From Candidatus Terrybacteria bacterium RIFCSPHIGHO2_01_FULL_43_35 (lineage in GTDB: Bacteria > Patescibacteriota > Minisyncoccia > Terrybacterales > GWB1-40-14), in contig MHSR01000013.1 of NCBI GenBank assembly GCA_001822815.1, forward strand, positions 85,093 through 149,092: a stretch of DNA of 64,000 nt. Direction: 5' to 3'. Shown here piece after piece: positions 37,644 through 47,014 of the stretch. Position numbers and translations under genes: made by a program. The first letter of the stretch is position 1, and every line of letters starts with the position of its first letter. The notes under the pieces are model-generated. The model did no database searches. It was not told the origin of the DNA and saw only the letters and a list, made by a program, of their open reading frames with translations.

Positions 37644-38579
37644 TCATGGCGCCGGCTGTTGTTCTCCGCTGGTTGGGGGGTTTTGAACTGCTGGTGGATT
37701 ATATTTTTCCTCCAGGCCTAAACGTATTCTTTCCAAAGCATAACCTTGTTGGACCAAGTCCCCTCCCCAGCGCACGTCACGCATAAGTTTTACCGGATCG
37801 GTATTAATTTCATACAGGTCGGCGAAAAGCTCCCGCAGACCTTTGAACAAACCAAGATAGCCCTTTTGGAGATCAACGGCTTCCTTGGGCGTCTGCAGGT
37901 TGCGGATATGTTGTTCGGTTTCGTTTATGCCGGCCAACACTTTTTCTACCACGTCCGCTTTTTGTTCCTGCACCACGCTTTGGGCAATGTCAAAATAAGA
38001 CGCAGTTTCGGCAGGAAGCTGGATAGTTGAAAATTCTTTAAGGTAATTTTTTACCGCGTCGGTACCATCGGCCGCGGATATATTTATGTCGCGGTCGGAT
38101 ATTTCAGGCAGGATAAAAGCATCCATCTTTTTTTCAGTCAAGAATTTTTCTATCTGTTTTTCGTCAAGCCGCGGATCATTGTCTCCGGTTTTGGTCTGGA
38201 GCCAGGAAAAATATTGGACAGTTAAGTTAGAGGCAAGTTTTGTATTTTCATCGACGCGCGCACGGCCAGACAGTGTGGGGTCATAACCATTTTTAACCTC
38301 ATCACCATCTTTGTATCTGTCGCCGTCGGTGTCTGGATTATTGGGATTCGTTCCGTAAATTAATTCCTTGGCGTCGGATAAGCCATCGCCATCTTCATCG
38401 TGTAAAAAAGAAGCCGCCGAACCAATGGCCGGCTGGTTTACGGGCGAGTTTGAAAATATGGAGGCTTTGAGATTGCGCACAAAATTGCCGTGCCAAAAAG
38501 CCGAGCCGCCATATATGGCCAAGCCCAACATTAAGAGATAAAAACCAGGTTTTATTAATTTACGAAAAAAGCGGCGCAT
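37644..38579 (-). CDS. Secreted protein, paralog 2, with DxDGDG calcium-binding-type (thrombospondin type-3-like) repeats
   Basis: HDEDGDGLSDAKELIYGTNPNNPDTDGDRYKDGDEVKNGYDP, with an N-terminal TM. Confidence 0.6.
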   Translation of the reverse strand: MRRFFRKLIKPGFYLLMLGLAIYGGSAFWHGNFVRNLKASIFSNSPVNQPAIGSAASFLHDEDGDGLSDAKELIYGTNPNNPDTDGDRYKDGDEVKNGYDPTLSGRARVDENTKLASNLTVQYFSWLQTKTGDNDPRLDEKQIEKFLTEKKMDAFILPEISDRDINISAADGTDAVKNYLKEFSTIQLPAETASYFDIAQSVVQEQKADVVEKVLAGINETEQHIRNLQTPKEAVDLQKGYLGLFKGLRELFADLYEINTDPVKLMRDVRWGGDLVQQGYALERIRLGLEEKYNPPAVQNPPTSGEQQPAP

Positions 38580-38791
38580 ATTCTGTTTTAAGTATGGACC
38601 GCTTTAAATGTTTAGGCAAGCCGGGTAGTGATCCCGCCGTTGCGGGATTGATAACCTGACACGAGACTATTTTTGATTTTGGGCAAATAGGACAGCGTTT
38701 ATTTACAAAACAATAAATTTTGAGATAAAAAATCAGCAGTTTTTAAAAGCCGCCGCCTAACGCCACGGTATTTAAACTTTATATTCGTTGT

Positions 38792-39754
38792 TTAGAAAAG
38801 AGGCTTGGAAAAGTGGGGTGGATAAATATACATGTAAATAACATCCTCGTATTTTTCAAGAAATTCTTTGAGCCATTCGGCCTCTTTTACTAACATAACC
38901 GGATCATTTTGGCTAGCGTTGATTTCACTTAGTATGTCGTGCACGGTTTTGATGTAAGCAAGATCCCGTTCTTGGGTCATTCTTGCATAGCCTCGGGTAT
39001 TCTGCAGTGCGTTAAATGTCGCCTGCGCCGTAGTTATCATTTGTTCCAGTTGATACCGCTTATTTAGGTCTTCAAGGGAAATAATAAATAGATTTACATC
39101 GCCGCCGGCCTCATCGAGTTTTGTATTTGCCTCATAAATATAATTAACCAATTCCTCTGGCAGAGGCGCAGATGAATAGCGTTTTTCTAGATATTGGAAC
39201 AGCTCTTCATCTGACGGCGTAGTATTCTGTAATATTACCTTGGCGGACTCTTCAGCGCTTAGCTCTTGTAATATAACATGGTCAAGCCCTTTTTCCTTCA
39301 GAAAATCATCTACTTCTGTTTTGGTCAGGGTCAGATTATTCAAGGATGATTTTTGGCGTTTCCAGTCGTAAAACTGCACGGTTAAATTTGTAATCAATTT
39401 TGCATTATCTGATATGTTTCCGCCCTTAACCGCAGGATCTTTTCCTTGCGTTATGTCTTCGTAATCAGATATGCCATTTTGGTTAGTATCTTTATTTTCC
39501 GGATTGGTGCCATAAATTGATTCTTGATAATTCGTTAAACCATCGCCATCATCATCGCGGAACAAATCTGAGGATTGAAAACCCGCAGGTTTTTCCAGCT
39601 TCGGAGTTGGCGGCGCGGGTTGGTTATACGATGTTTGTTGTTGCGGGGCTTGATGTTTGTAATTAGGACTTAAAATAAAACTCACGGCAAAAACGCCTAA
39701 TAATATAAATATACTTATTAAGCCAATCTTTAATTTTTCAGGAAGTTGGAGCAT
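38792..39754 (-). CDS. Secreted protein, paralog 3, with DxDGDG calcium-binding-type repeats
   Basis: FRDDDGDGLTNYQESIYGTNPENKDTNQNGISDYEDITQGKDP. Same architecture as 37644-38579. Confidence 0.6.
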   Translation of the reverse strand: MLQLPEKLKIGLISIFILLGVFAVSFILSPNYKHQAPQQQTSYNQPAPPTPKLEKPAGFQSSDLFRDDDGDGLTNYQESIYGTNPENKDTNQNGISDYEDITQGKDPAVKGGNISDNAKLITNLTVQFYDWKRQKSSLNNLTLTKTEVDDFLKEKGLDHVILQELSAEESAKVILQNTTPSDEELFQYLEKRYSSAPLPEELVNYIYEANTKLDEAGGDVNLFIISLEDLNKRYQLEQMITTAQATFNALQNTRGYARMTQERDLAYIKTVHDILSEINASQNDPVMLVKEAEWLKEFLEKYEDVIYMYIYPPHFSKPLF

Positions 39755-39767
39755 GGATTTTTCAGAA

Positions 39768-41057
39768 CTATAAACAGCTTTTGCCGTTGCAGTTTCTAAG
39801 AGCCTTAATCATTTCTATCGAGTTAGTATTCGGCCATATGACACTGTAGTACTTAGTATGATTCATTATGGTTTTGCCCAAAGAGTCGGGCTCTTCGCGA
39901 TCAGTTAGACCAAGAGCATGGCCGACTTCGTGGTTGATAAGCCACCTTGAGCAGCCGTTTAAATAACGAAAACAGCTTCCTCCGCCAGCAAAGGCAATTC
40001 TGTTCCAATCGTAATCGCGGTGCGTAATTTCCGTGCTGCCGCATATATTATTGTACGTACCCATCTTTTGGGAAAATGATATACATCCGCCAACGACTTG
40101 GTAAGCCAACGTACAATTAGGGTCGTTAATCAACGCAATATCTGTCGCAGATGACTTGTACGTGTCAAAACTAAAGTTTACGCCGCTTTTTTCCCAGCCG
40201 CGTGAATCAGTCAGTGTATCTATCACAAAATTCCTTTGAGTCGTAGTCATGTTAATCAATGACACGCGGATGTCGTTGCCGTGTATGGCTCGTATGTGCG
40301 TACTGCCGCGAGTTTTGCCGCCCTTGGGATCGTTGATACAGCTATTGGAAGTATAATTAGGATAATAAGGATTAAACACTTTTTCATAGCCCGAAAATAC
40401 GAACTGGTAATAATCATTATGTGGCGAGCCAAAAGACGGGAAACGTCCGTCCGTATACCTGTCCAGAGTGTCAAATTCGCATTGGCTACTTTGGCACGTG
40501 GCCACACTGCATGATTGTCCTTGGCTAGTGCACCCATCTTGATTTGTGCAGGTATTTGTGGCGTTTGGTATTAACGCACAGGTGCCAGATACGCAGCCCA
40601 AGTAATTTCCGACCACCGGATTATATTGGCAAATACCAGATATGCACGTGCCTAGTGAACAGCTAGAATTGACGCAGTCTGCGTCTATTGTGCAGGTGGT
40701 TGTAGGCGGCGGACTTATATCTGGGCTTGATTGTCCGCAACCACAGGTTTGGGTGATTGAATCCCACAGATAAGCCGTTCCGAATCCGCCAACAGCCGCA
40801 CAAGCATCTCTACATGTGTCACAGCTGTCGGCAGGGAATTCTGGGCCGAGAAAAGGTTCGGTAGATAAAGTTAAGTCGCCGCATTCTTCGCCCAGCGTAG
40901 TGTCGACAGCTTGAACAGAGAATTTAGTTTCAACCGCCTTTCTTAAAGAAAAAGGCGAGTTATAAGACTGCAACGCAAAGGCCGCGGCTATGATTAGCAT
41001 GGAAAGCAATCCAAATATCCACCATTTTTTTATTATTCTGCCCCTTATTTTAATCAT
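39768..41057 (-). CDS. Membrane-anchored Cys-rich zinc metalloprotease (metzincin/snapalysin-like, HEXXHXXGXXD)
   Basis: N-terminal TM. An EGF-like Cys-rich middle region (about 30 Cys). C-terminal HEVGHALGLTD followed by a Met-turn-like TIMNH. Confidence 0.6.
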   Translation of the reverse strand: MIKIRGRIIKKWWIFGLLSMLIIAAAFALQSYNSPFSLRKAVETKFSVQAVDTTLGEECGDLTLSTEPFLGPEFPADSCDTCRDACAAVGGFGTAYLWDSITQTCGCGQSSPDISPPPTTTCTIDADCVNSSCSLGTCISGICQYNPVVGNYLGCVSGTCALIPNATNTCTNQDGCTSQGQSCSVATCQSSQCEFDTLDRYTDGRFPSFGSPHNDYYQFVFSGYEKVFNPYYPNYTSNSCINDPKGGKTRGSTHIRAIHGNDIRVSLINMTTTQRNFVIDTLTDSRGWEKSGVNFSFDTYKSSATDIALINDPNCTLAYQVVGGCISFSQKMGTYNNICGSTEITHRDYDWNRIAFAGGGSCFRYLNGCSRWLINHEVGHALGLTDREEPDSLGKTIMNHTKYYSVIWPNTNSIEMIKALRNCNGKSCL

Positions 41058-41086
41058 TTATAGCGGTTAAGCTTCTGATATTACTA

Positions 41087-41890
41087 TTATAGCTTAATTT
41101 CCGCGGCAAGACATTCCCAGTTTCGCACCGAAAGTTCTTGGGCGCGGGCAGTGGTTTTTATACCGTAATGCGTAAAACAATCATCTATTGTTTGACTATC
41201 CAATTTTAAAGCCCGTTTTAAATTTGCGCGCAGTTGTTTTCTGGGATGCGCAAAGCCGGCACGCACAACGGTAAAAAATTTTGCAGATCCTTTTTTTGGC
41301 GGAATTGACTCACCAACCTTTATTTTTATTATGGCAGAATCAACCCCAGAAGGCGGCCAAAAATTATCCGGTAGGATATTATTAATTAGTATTTCGGGTG
41401 TGCCATAGTATTGGACCGATACAGCAAGTAGACTCATGCGTGGCGGTTGAGCGCAAATTCTTTCAGCAATCTCTTTTTGCAGCATCAAGAGTATTTCGGT
41501 GGGCGGATTTTTGCTTTCCAAGGCATGTCGTAGAAATCGTCCAGTTATCCAATAGGGTATATTTGATACTATGCGCCAAGGCGCTTTGCTTTGAGAATAC
41601 GGCAAAGCGTCAAGTTTAAGAACGTCCCCCTCAACAATTTTTACGTTTTTAAAGCCTCTTAGTGCATCCTTTAAAACCAGCACTAATTCAGGATCTTTTT
41701 CGATAACCGTCACCTCTTTTGCTCTTCGCGCAAGTTCTTGAGTGAGCGTGCCCGCTCCCCCGCCGACCTCTAATATACGGTCGGTTTTTTTAATGTCAGC
41801 GGCCTCAATTATTTTTTCGAGAATTGTTGATGAAACCAAAAAATTCTGCCCCCAGCCCTGGCGCGGAGTTATGCCGTGTTTGGCAAACAA
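41087..41890 (-). CDS. rsmA: 16S rRNA adenine dimethyltransferase RsmA/KsgA
   Basis: QNFL...ILEVGGGAGTLT SAM motif and NIPY motif. Confidence 0.85.
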   Translation of the reverse strand: MFAKHGITPRQGWGQNFLVSSTILEKIIEAADIKKTDRILEVGGGAGTLTQELARRAKEVTVIEKDPELVLVLKDALRGFKNVKIVEGDVLKLDALPYSQSKAPWRIVSNIPYWITGRFLRHALESKNPPTEILLMLQKEIAERICAQPPRMSLLAVSVQYYGTPEILINNILPDNFWPPSGVDSAIIKIKVGESIPPKKGSAKFFTVVRAGFAHPRKQLRANLKRALKLDSQTIDDCFTHYGIKTTARAQELSVRNWECLAAEIKL

Positions 41891-41987
41891 CCGTTTAAGT
41901 ATTTTAATGTCGGTTAAATCCAGAAGTTTAGGTTTTAGCGTAGAGGGTTTAGGGTTTAGTTACTATACCCCCAACCCTAACCGCTAA

Positions 41988-42995
41988 CTAAAGTAGTTGT
42001 TCCACTCTCACCGGTATAATCCCTCTATAAAGAGGAGAAAGCATTTTGAAAGCCGTGGCTTCAAGATCAATTATGCGGCCCGGGATAGTTGGTCCGTAAT
42101 CGTTTATTTTCACTATCACTGATTTGTTATTATTCAAATTGGTCACGCGTACAAAAGATTTTCTTGGGTATGTTGTGCTGGCAGCGTATAATCCCGGGAA
42201 TGCGTTATACCAACTGCCCAAAGCCTCGTCTACCCTGCCTATTACTATTTTTGTGCCGCGCAATTCTTCTTGCGTTTGAGGTTTTTCCAAAACAGTCGAG
42301 CTAAGCATTTTTTTCTTGATTATTCGCCCGTCCTCTTTTAATATTTCGAAAGCCGCACTCTTTTTGCCAAGCACCCCCGGTTTTATTATTGTAATTTTGC
42401 CGTAGGAGTTTTGGGGATCATCCGAGGCAATATGGTCAAAGGGTATGTCTAAAATTTCCGTAGTAGTTTCTAAAGAACGCCTTTTTATTTTTACGGTTAA
42501 TTTTTGTTTTATACTCGTTTCTTCTGCGGGCGTTATAATATCAAGCTCTCCAAGTTTGATTCCCTGTTCTGTTATGAATCCGCCTACAGTGTTTGCGTGT
42601 GTGAGGGCTTCGCGCTTTACGTCGTCATCTATGATGCTAATTACCGTTGCGTGATCAATAAAAATATTTTCGTTTGCGGAGATTTCCGCGTCGGGAGACT
42701 GGCTGATGATGTCGCCATCTTGTGCCGACAAACCCAAGACTGCTAGGGCATCGCGCACCGAAGAATCAGTTGGTACGTCAATCCTGTAGTTTATTCCTTC
42801 CTCTATTATGTTGATCTGAACAGTGTCGGATCCCGACTCTTTACTCTGATTAGCCAAACCAATCCCATCTTGGGCCCTGGCTTGGGATCCGGTTTGGCCT
42901 ATAAGCAGCTGCAGGCCAGTAAACATTCCGGCAAGAAAGAGAGCTAAACGCATAAAAACACTTATATAATAAGAAATATCTAATAATTCCGCCAA
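41988..42995 (-). CDS. Cell-wall-binding protein with G5 and RlpA-like double-psi beta-barrel domains (YabE-like)
   Basis: The C-terminus SWYNAF...VRVTNLNNNKSVIVKINDYGP...GRIIDLEATAF matches the RlpA/3D DPBB motif. The preceding segment is G5-like. Confidence 0.6.
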   Translation of the reverse strand: MAELLDISYYISVFMRLALFLAGMFTGLQLLIGQTGSQARAQDGIGLANQSKESGSDTVQINIIEEGINYRIDVPTDSSVRDALAVLGLSAQDGDIISQSPDAEISANENIFIDHATVISIIDDDVKREALTHANTVGGFITEQGIKLGELDIITPAEETSIKQKLTVKIKRRSLETTTEILDIPFDHIASDDPQNSYGKITIIKPGVLGKKSAAFEILKEDGRIIKKKMLSSTVLEKPQTQEELRGTKIVIGRVDEALGSWYNAFPGLYAASTTYPRKSFVRVTNLNNNKSVIVKINDYGPTIPGRIIDLEATAFKMLSPLYRGIIPVRVEQLL

Positions 42996-43076
42996 TATTT
43001 ATCTTACCCTATCTGTTGACAGACCGCTACTTGCGGAGTTAGGCTGGTTGGTAGCGGCCTTAAGTGGCCTTTTTTC

Positions 43077-44270
43077 ATGAGTGATACCGAAAAACAAGGC
43101 AATCTTCTAAATCTAGGCAACATAAACACCCCCAGCAAATCAAAAACCCGCATGGCTTTCTTGCCAAAGCTGTTTTTGAGGTGGTTGGGCAGACGTATTT
43201 CCGGCGGTGCATTAGTTTCGTTGGTTGCCCTTGGTTTATTTGGCGGCAGTTATCTTGCACCCAACGGCCAAAGTTTTTTGTTTGCATCGGATATTGATAC
43301 TTCGGGCGGTTCTTATATTGAGGAAGTAGATGTGGATGCCTTAACTGTTTCGCTAGAGCCCTACCCATTTATGCTGCCAGGGCCGGCTTTTTCAGATGAA
43401 TTCGGCTTGTTAGATTATGATGATGAGCTTGATGAAACCTACGTTCAGGATTTTCTCGTCGCCTACCTTTCGCCGTCTAACTTTCCGACTATTGGTTCAG
43501 ATCGGCGAACAATAGTCCAGCATACGATTCGTGATGGAGAGACTCTATCATTTATAGCCGCGTCTTGGGGCGTTAGTATAGATACGCTTAAATGGGCAAA
43601 TAAAATTTCCGATCCAAACTTATTGCAACCAGGAGCGGTGTTAGATATTCTTCCGGTTTCTGGAGTCGCCCATGTCGTGAGAAGCGGAGATACCGCCTCG
43701 GGCGTAGCGACAAAATATAAAGCCGATCAAGCAGCCATAATAGCGTTTAATGCCCTTCTGGCAGACGGCGCTCTTCGTGTCGGAGATGTAATCATTGTTC
43801 CCAACGGACTAATGCCTCAAGCACCGCGTCCTATTGTGCCAAACATTACTGCTCCTCGTTTTGCGGGAAATATACAAACAGCAGGTTATTTCATTGCGCC
43901 GACAACAGGAAGAAATTTTGGGCGTCGACACGCAAACAACGGCGTTGATATTGCAAATCAGTGCGGCACACCTATCTATGCCGCGGCCGCGGGCAAAGTT
44001 ATAAAAGTCGCCTTTACGGACAGCGCAAAAAGGAACGCCAATGGAGGTTATGGCAGCAATGTGGTGATTAGCCATCCAAACGGTACACAAACTCTTTATG
44101 CCCACCTACTTAAAGGTAGCGGTCAGATAACAGTCGGACAGGAAGTTGTCCAAGGACAATTGATATCTCTAATCGGTGGTAGGCCTGGCTTGCCGGGTGC
44201 CGGAAGGTCTACGGGCTGCCATTTGCATTTTGAAGTTCACGGCGGCACCAACCCATTTATAAGACGCTAA
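43077..44270 (+). CDS. LysM-domain M23 family peptidase
   Basis: Two LysM-like segments. M23 motifs HANNGVDIA...GYG..V.ISHPNGTQTLYAHL and HLHFEVH. Confidence 0.8.
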   Translation: MSDTEKQGNLLNLGNINTPSKSKTRMAFLPKLFLRWLGRRISGGALVSLVALGLFGGSYLAPNGQSFLFASDIDTSGGSYIEEVDVDALTVSLEPYPFMLPGPAFSDEFGLLDYDDELDETYVQDFLVAYLSPSNFPTIGSDRRTIVQHTIRDGETLSFIAASWGVSIDTLKWANKISDPNLLQPGAVLDILPVSGVAHVVRSGDTASGVATKYKADQAAIIAFNALLADGALRVGDVIIVPNGLMPQAPRPIVPNITAPRFAGNIQTAGYFIAPTTGRNFGRRHANNGVDIANQCGTPIYAAAAGKVIKVAFTDSAKRNANGGYGSNVVISHPNGTQTLYAHLLKGSGQITVGQEVVQGQLISLIGGRPGLPGAGRSTGCHLHFEVHGGTNPFIRR

Positions 44271-44327
44271 CCATTGCGCAAAAACAATTCGTAAAAGCGC
44301 CCCGAAACTGTGGGGCGTTTTTGTTGC

Positions 44328-45857
44328 TTAATCAGTGTCATTGTGTCTATAGTGTACGGCTTCGGCTATATGTCCAGGGCCTATATTCTCTTCGCCAGCC
44401 AGGTCAGAGATGGTGCGCGCCACCTTCAATATTCTGTTGTGACCGCGCGGCGAAAGATGAAACTTATCGTGAGCTCTTTTTAATATTTGCTCGCTTTCAC
44501 GATTTAATTTACAAAAGGAGTTTATTTGTCTGGTGCTCATCTCGGCATTGGTGTGTATTTTTGAAGCTGAAAATCTTTCTTCCTGAAGTTTCCGCGCCAC
44601 AATGACGCGCAAGCGTATATCTTGAGAAGATTCGCTGTCGCTTCCACGCAGTTTTTCAAAAGAAACGCGCGGTACCGAAACATTAATATCAATTCGGTCC
44701 AGTATTGGCCCGGAAATTTTCCTTTTGTACTTCATTATGTCGCCCGAGCTGCAAACACACGGAACTTCTTGATCGCCCAAATTTCCGCATGGGCATGGGT
44801 TTTGAGCCGCAACCAAAGAAAAGCGAGCTGGAAACAAAACCGTTTCCTTGGCTCGGGCCACCGTGACCTCGCCGTCCTCAAGAGGTTGTCTTAGGGCTTC
44901 TAAAATAGAACGAGGGAATTCAGGAAATTCATCCAGAAATAAAACTCCGCGGTGCGCTAAACTTATTTCTCCTGGCCTCGGGCTTGTTCCGCCGCCGATT
45001 ATAGACACTAATGACGCCGAGTGATGAGGAGTTCTAAATGGTCTCTCCAGTATCAAAGGGCGTTCTGCGTGCAGTAGCCCAGCAACACTCCATATCTTAG
45101 TGACTTCAAGTGTTTCGTCTTCTGACATGGGCGGCAAGATAGTCGGCATAGCCCTGGACAGTATTGTTTTTCCTGAACCGGGAGAGCCGTGTAATAGAAT
45201 ATGGTGGCCGCCCGCGGCAGCAATTTCCAGCGCCCGTTTGGCCTGCTCCTGTCCGCGTATAAAACCCATATCAAAATCTGATTTTAATACTCCAGCAAAG
45301 TTCTTGGGTATGCCGTCCCCTACTTCAACTGCCGCAGCAGTATTTTTTTCTAACTTTAAAACTAAATCTTTAAGAGAATCAGAAGCAATTATTTTTAAGT
45401 CTTTAACTAGAGAGGCTTCAGCTTTATTTTCTTTGGGTATAACAAGGATCAAATCGTGCCTTTGTGCATATATGGCCATAGCTAATACTCCTTGCACGGA
45501 ACATAAAGAACCGTCCAAAGCCAATTCTCCGGCAAAAACAAGATCGGGTCTGGCTTTAAAATTAATTTGGTCGGATGCAATCAAAAAGGCCACGGCTATG
45601 GGCAAATCAAAAGCCGGTCCTTGTTTTTTGAGGTCTGCCGGCGCCAAATTAACTATTATTTTTCGGTTAAATCTTTGCGGCGGCTTAGCCCCGCTGGCCT
45701 TTACGGCCGCGCCAACTCTTTCGCGAGACTCTTCAACGGCCTTATCCGCCAGGCCAACAATACGGAAATTATGCAACCCCGGATCCAAATCGATTTCTAC
45801 CCTCACGGGTTTGACGTTAAGCCCAACCACGCTTAAGCTTGATACTTTATTCGCCAT
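44328..45857 (-). CDS. comM: YifB/ComM Mg-chelatase-like AAA+ ATPase
   Basis: HILLHGSPGSGKT Walker A, a C-terminal ChlI-like domain, and an N-terminal Lon-like domain. True start at MANKV (45857); the ORF-track extension to 45935 runs into the repeat element. Confidence 0.85.
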   Translation of the reverse strand: MANKVSSLSVVGLNVKPVRVEIDLDPGLHNFRIVGLADKAVEESRERVGAAVKASGAKPPQRFNRKIIVNLAPADLKKQGPAFDLPIAVAFLIASDQINFKARPDLVFAGELALDGSLCSVQGVLAMAIYAQRHDLILVIPKENKAEASLVKDLKIIASDSLKDLVLKLEKNTAAAVEVGDGIPKNFAGVLKSDFDMGFIRGQEQAKRALEIAAAGGHHILLHGSPGSGKTILSRAMPTILPPMSEDETLEVTKIWSVAGLLHAERPLILERPFRTPHHSASLVSIIGGGTSPRPGEISLAHRGVLFLDEFPEFPRSILEALRQPLEDGEVTVARAKETVLFPARFSLVAAQNPCPCGNLGDQEVPCVCSSGDIMKYKRKISGPILDRIDINVSVPRVSFEKLRGSDSESSQDIRLRVIVARKLQEERFSASKIHTNAEMSTRQINSFCKLNRESEQILKRAHDKFHLSPRGHNRILKVARTISDLAGEENIGPGHIAEAVHYRHNDTD

Positions 45858-46058
45858 AGCATAAATTAAAAAGTAAAATGCTAATTGAAAATTTAAGAAA
45901 CAATTACCAAGAAACAAGATACAGACAATTTCCAATATTCAATAACCAATAATCAACTTTATGTTTGAATTTTGGAATTTGGGTATTGTAATTTGTCTGG
46001 TTATTGTTTCTTGTGTCTTGGTTATTATGACTTTTAATATTTAATTTTTGATCTGCGC
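45858..46058. repeat. Family-A-related palindromic element (inner arms)
   Basis: CAAGAAACAAGATACAGACAA...AATAACCAATAATCAA / TTTGGGTATTGT...TGTCTGGTTATTGTTTCTTG. Shares inner-arm words with 30350-30420 and 30570-30640. Confidence 0.45.
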
Positions 46059-46421
46059 CTATTTACAGTTCCCGCAAAGTTCCGCCTCCGGAGAAGCATT
46101 AAGACGCTTTATCGGAATGTCCTTTTTGCAATTCAAACATTTCCCGTACGCGTTCTTTTGGATGCGCGTTAGGGCACGTCTTATCGCGCGCAATCTTTCT
46201 TCTAAAATGGTTTCGGCTGAAAGCCTCGTACCGTATTCTTCAACGGCCGAGACTTGCGCGTCTTCATCCTGCCCGTCGCCAAAGTTCGGAAAACGCGAGG
46301 TAAACTCTCCCGAGCCACCCTTGTTTTTTGTGGCAAAAGAAGCCAGCGTTTCGGAAATGCGCCTTTCTTCAGAAAGCAGTTTATTCTTGAAGTTTTCTAT
46401 ATCCTGTTTAGCTAGAGGCAT
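46059..46421 (-). CDS. dksA: DksA/TraR-family C4 zinc-finger protein
   Basis: Coiled-coil N-terminus. The four-Cys finger CLNCKKDI...CGNCK is at the C-terminus. Confidence 0.7.
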   Translation of the reverse strand: MPLAKQDIENFKNKLLSEERRISETLASFATKNKGGSGEFTSRFPNFGDGQDEDAQVSAVEEYGTRLSAETILEERLRAIRRALTRIQKNAYGKCLNCKKDIPIKRLNASPEAELCGNCK

Positions 46422-46439
46422 ACCAGGTAGTAGAAGTTC

Positions 46440-46960
46440 GACTATAATATGTTGCCGAATTTCTAGTTAATGATTAGTGTTATAACGAATTAATGGTTAG
46501 AATTAAGTATCACGAAATCGATTGTTCGCCTTCGGCGAACGGTCGAACTTTCACTACCTGGCATAAGAAGCAAAACACTTTGAATATAGTTATTATTACC
46601 ATACAAAAAAAGCTCCGCAAGGGAGCCGAAGGTACTGAAGATATTGAAGTACCGAAGGTGCTGAGCTCATCGAAGCATTACCGAAAAGTTTCTTAGGGGC
46701 GCTAGACGCCCCAGTTTAATTTGGGCGGAGCGCCCCTAATGGAGTTGGCCTTTTCCTCGATTATGGAGGAAATTTCCGCGATTATAGCGGGGTTTGGCTC
46801 GAATGAGCCGAAGGCCTATGTGCAGGCAAGTCCGCAGACTTTTCTGCGAGTGTTTTTAGCCCTTCGAAAAATCTCAGGGTCAAGACCTGGCCGATTGCCG
46901 GGTTTTAAGGTCCTAAACTGCGGAGCAATCCGCTAGGCGTTAACACCTATTATACCACGC
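46440..46960 (+). ncRNA. Candidate structured non-coding RNA of unknown identity
   Basis: About 570 bp with no credible ORF. Contains a UUCG-tetraloop hairpin (GTTCGCcttcgGCGAAC, about 46534), a GNRA-type hairpin (GCTCCgcaaGGGAGC, about 46611), GGGGCGctaGACGCCCC and GGGCGgagCGCCC. It contains AAGTCCG and CGGAGCAA segments reminiscent of RNase P RNA P4/P15 regions, but the order does not fit the RNase P consensus. Confidence 0.3.
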
Positions 46961-47014
46961 TATGAACCCGCGCCAAATGGCTAGATGTGGATAATTGAAA
47001 GCGCGTAATCCTGG

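Noticed and set aside
46493-46936. Two small ORFs (67 and 71 aa) in the dksA-downstream gap
   Set aside because: They lie within the hairpin-rich candidate ncRNA region, with no RBS and atypical composition.
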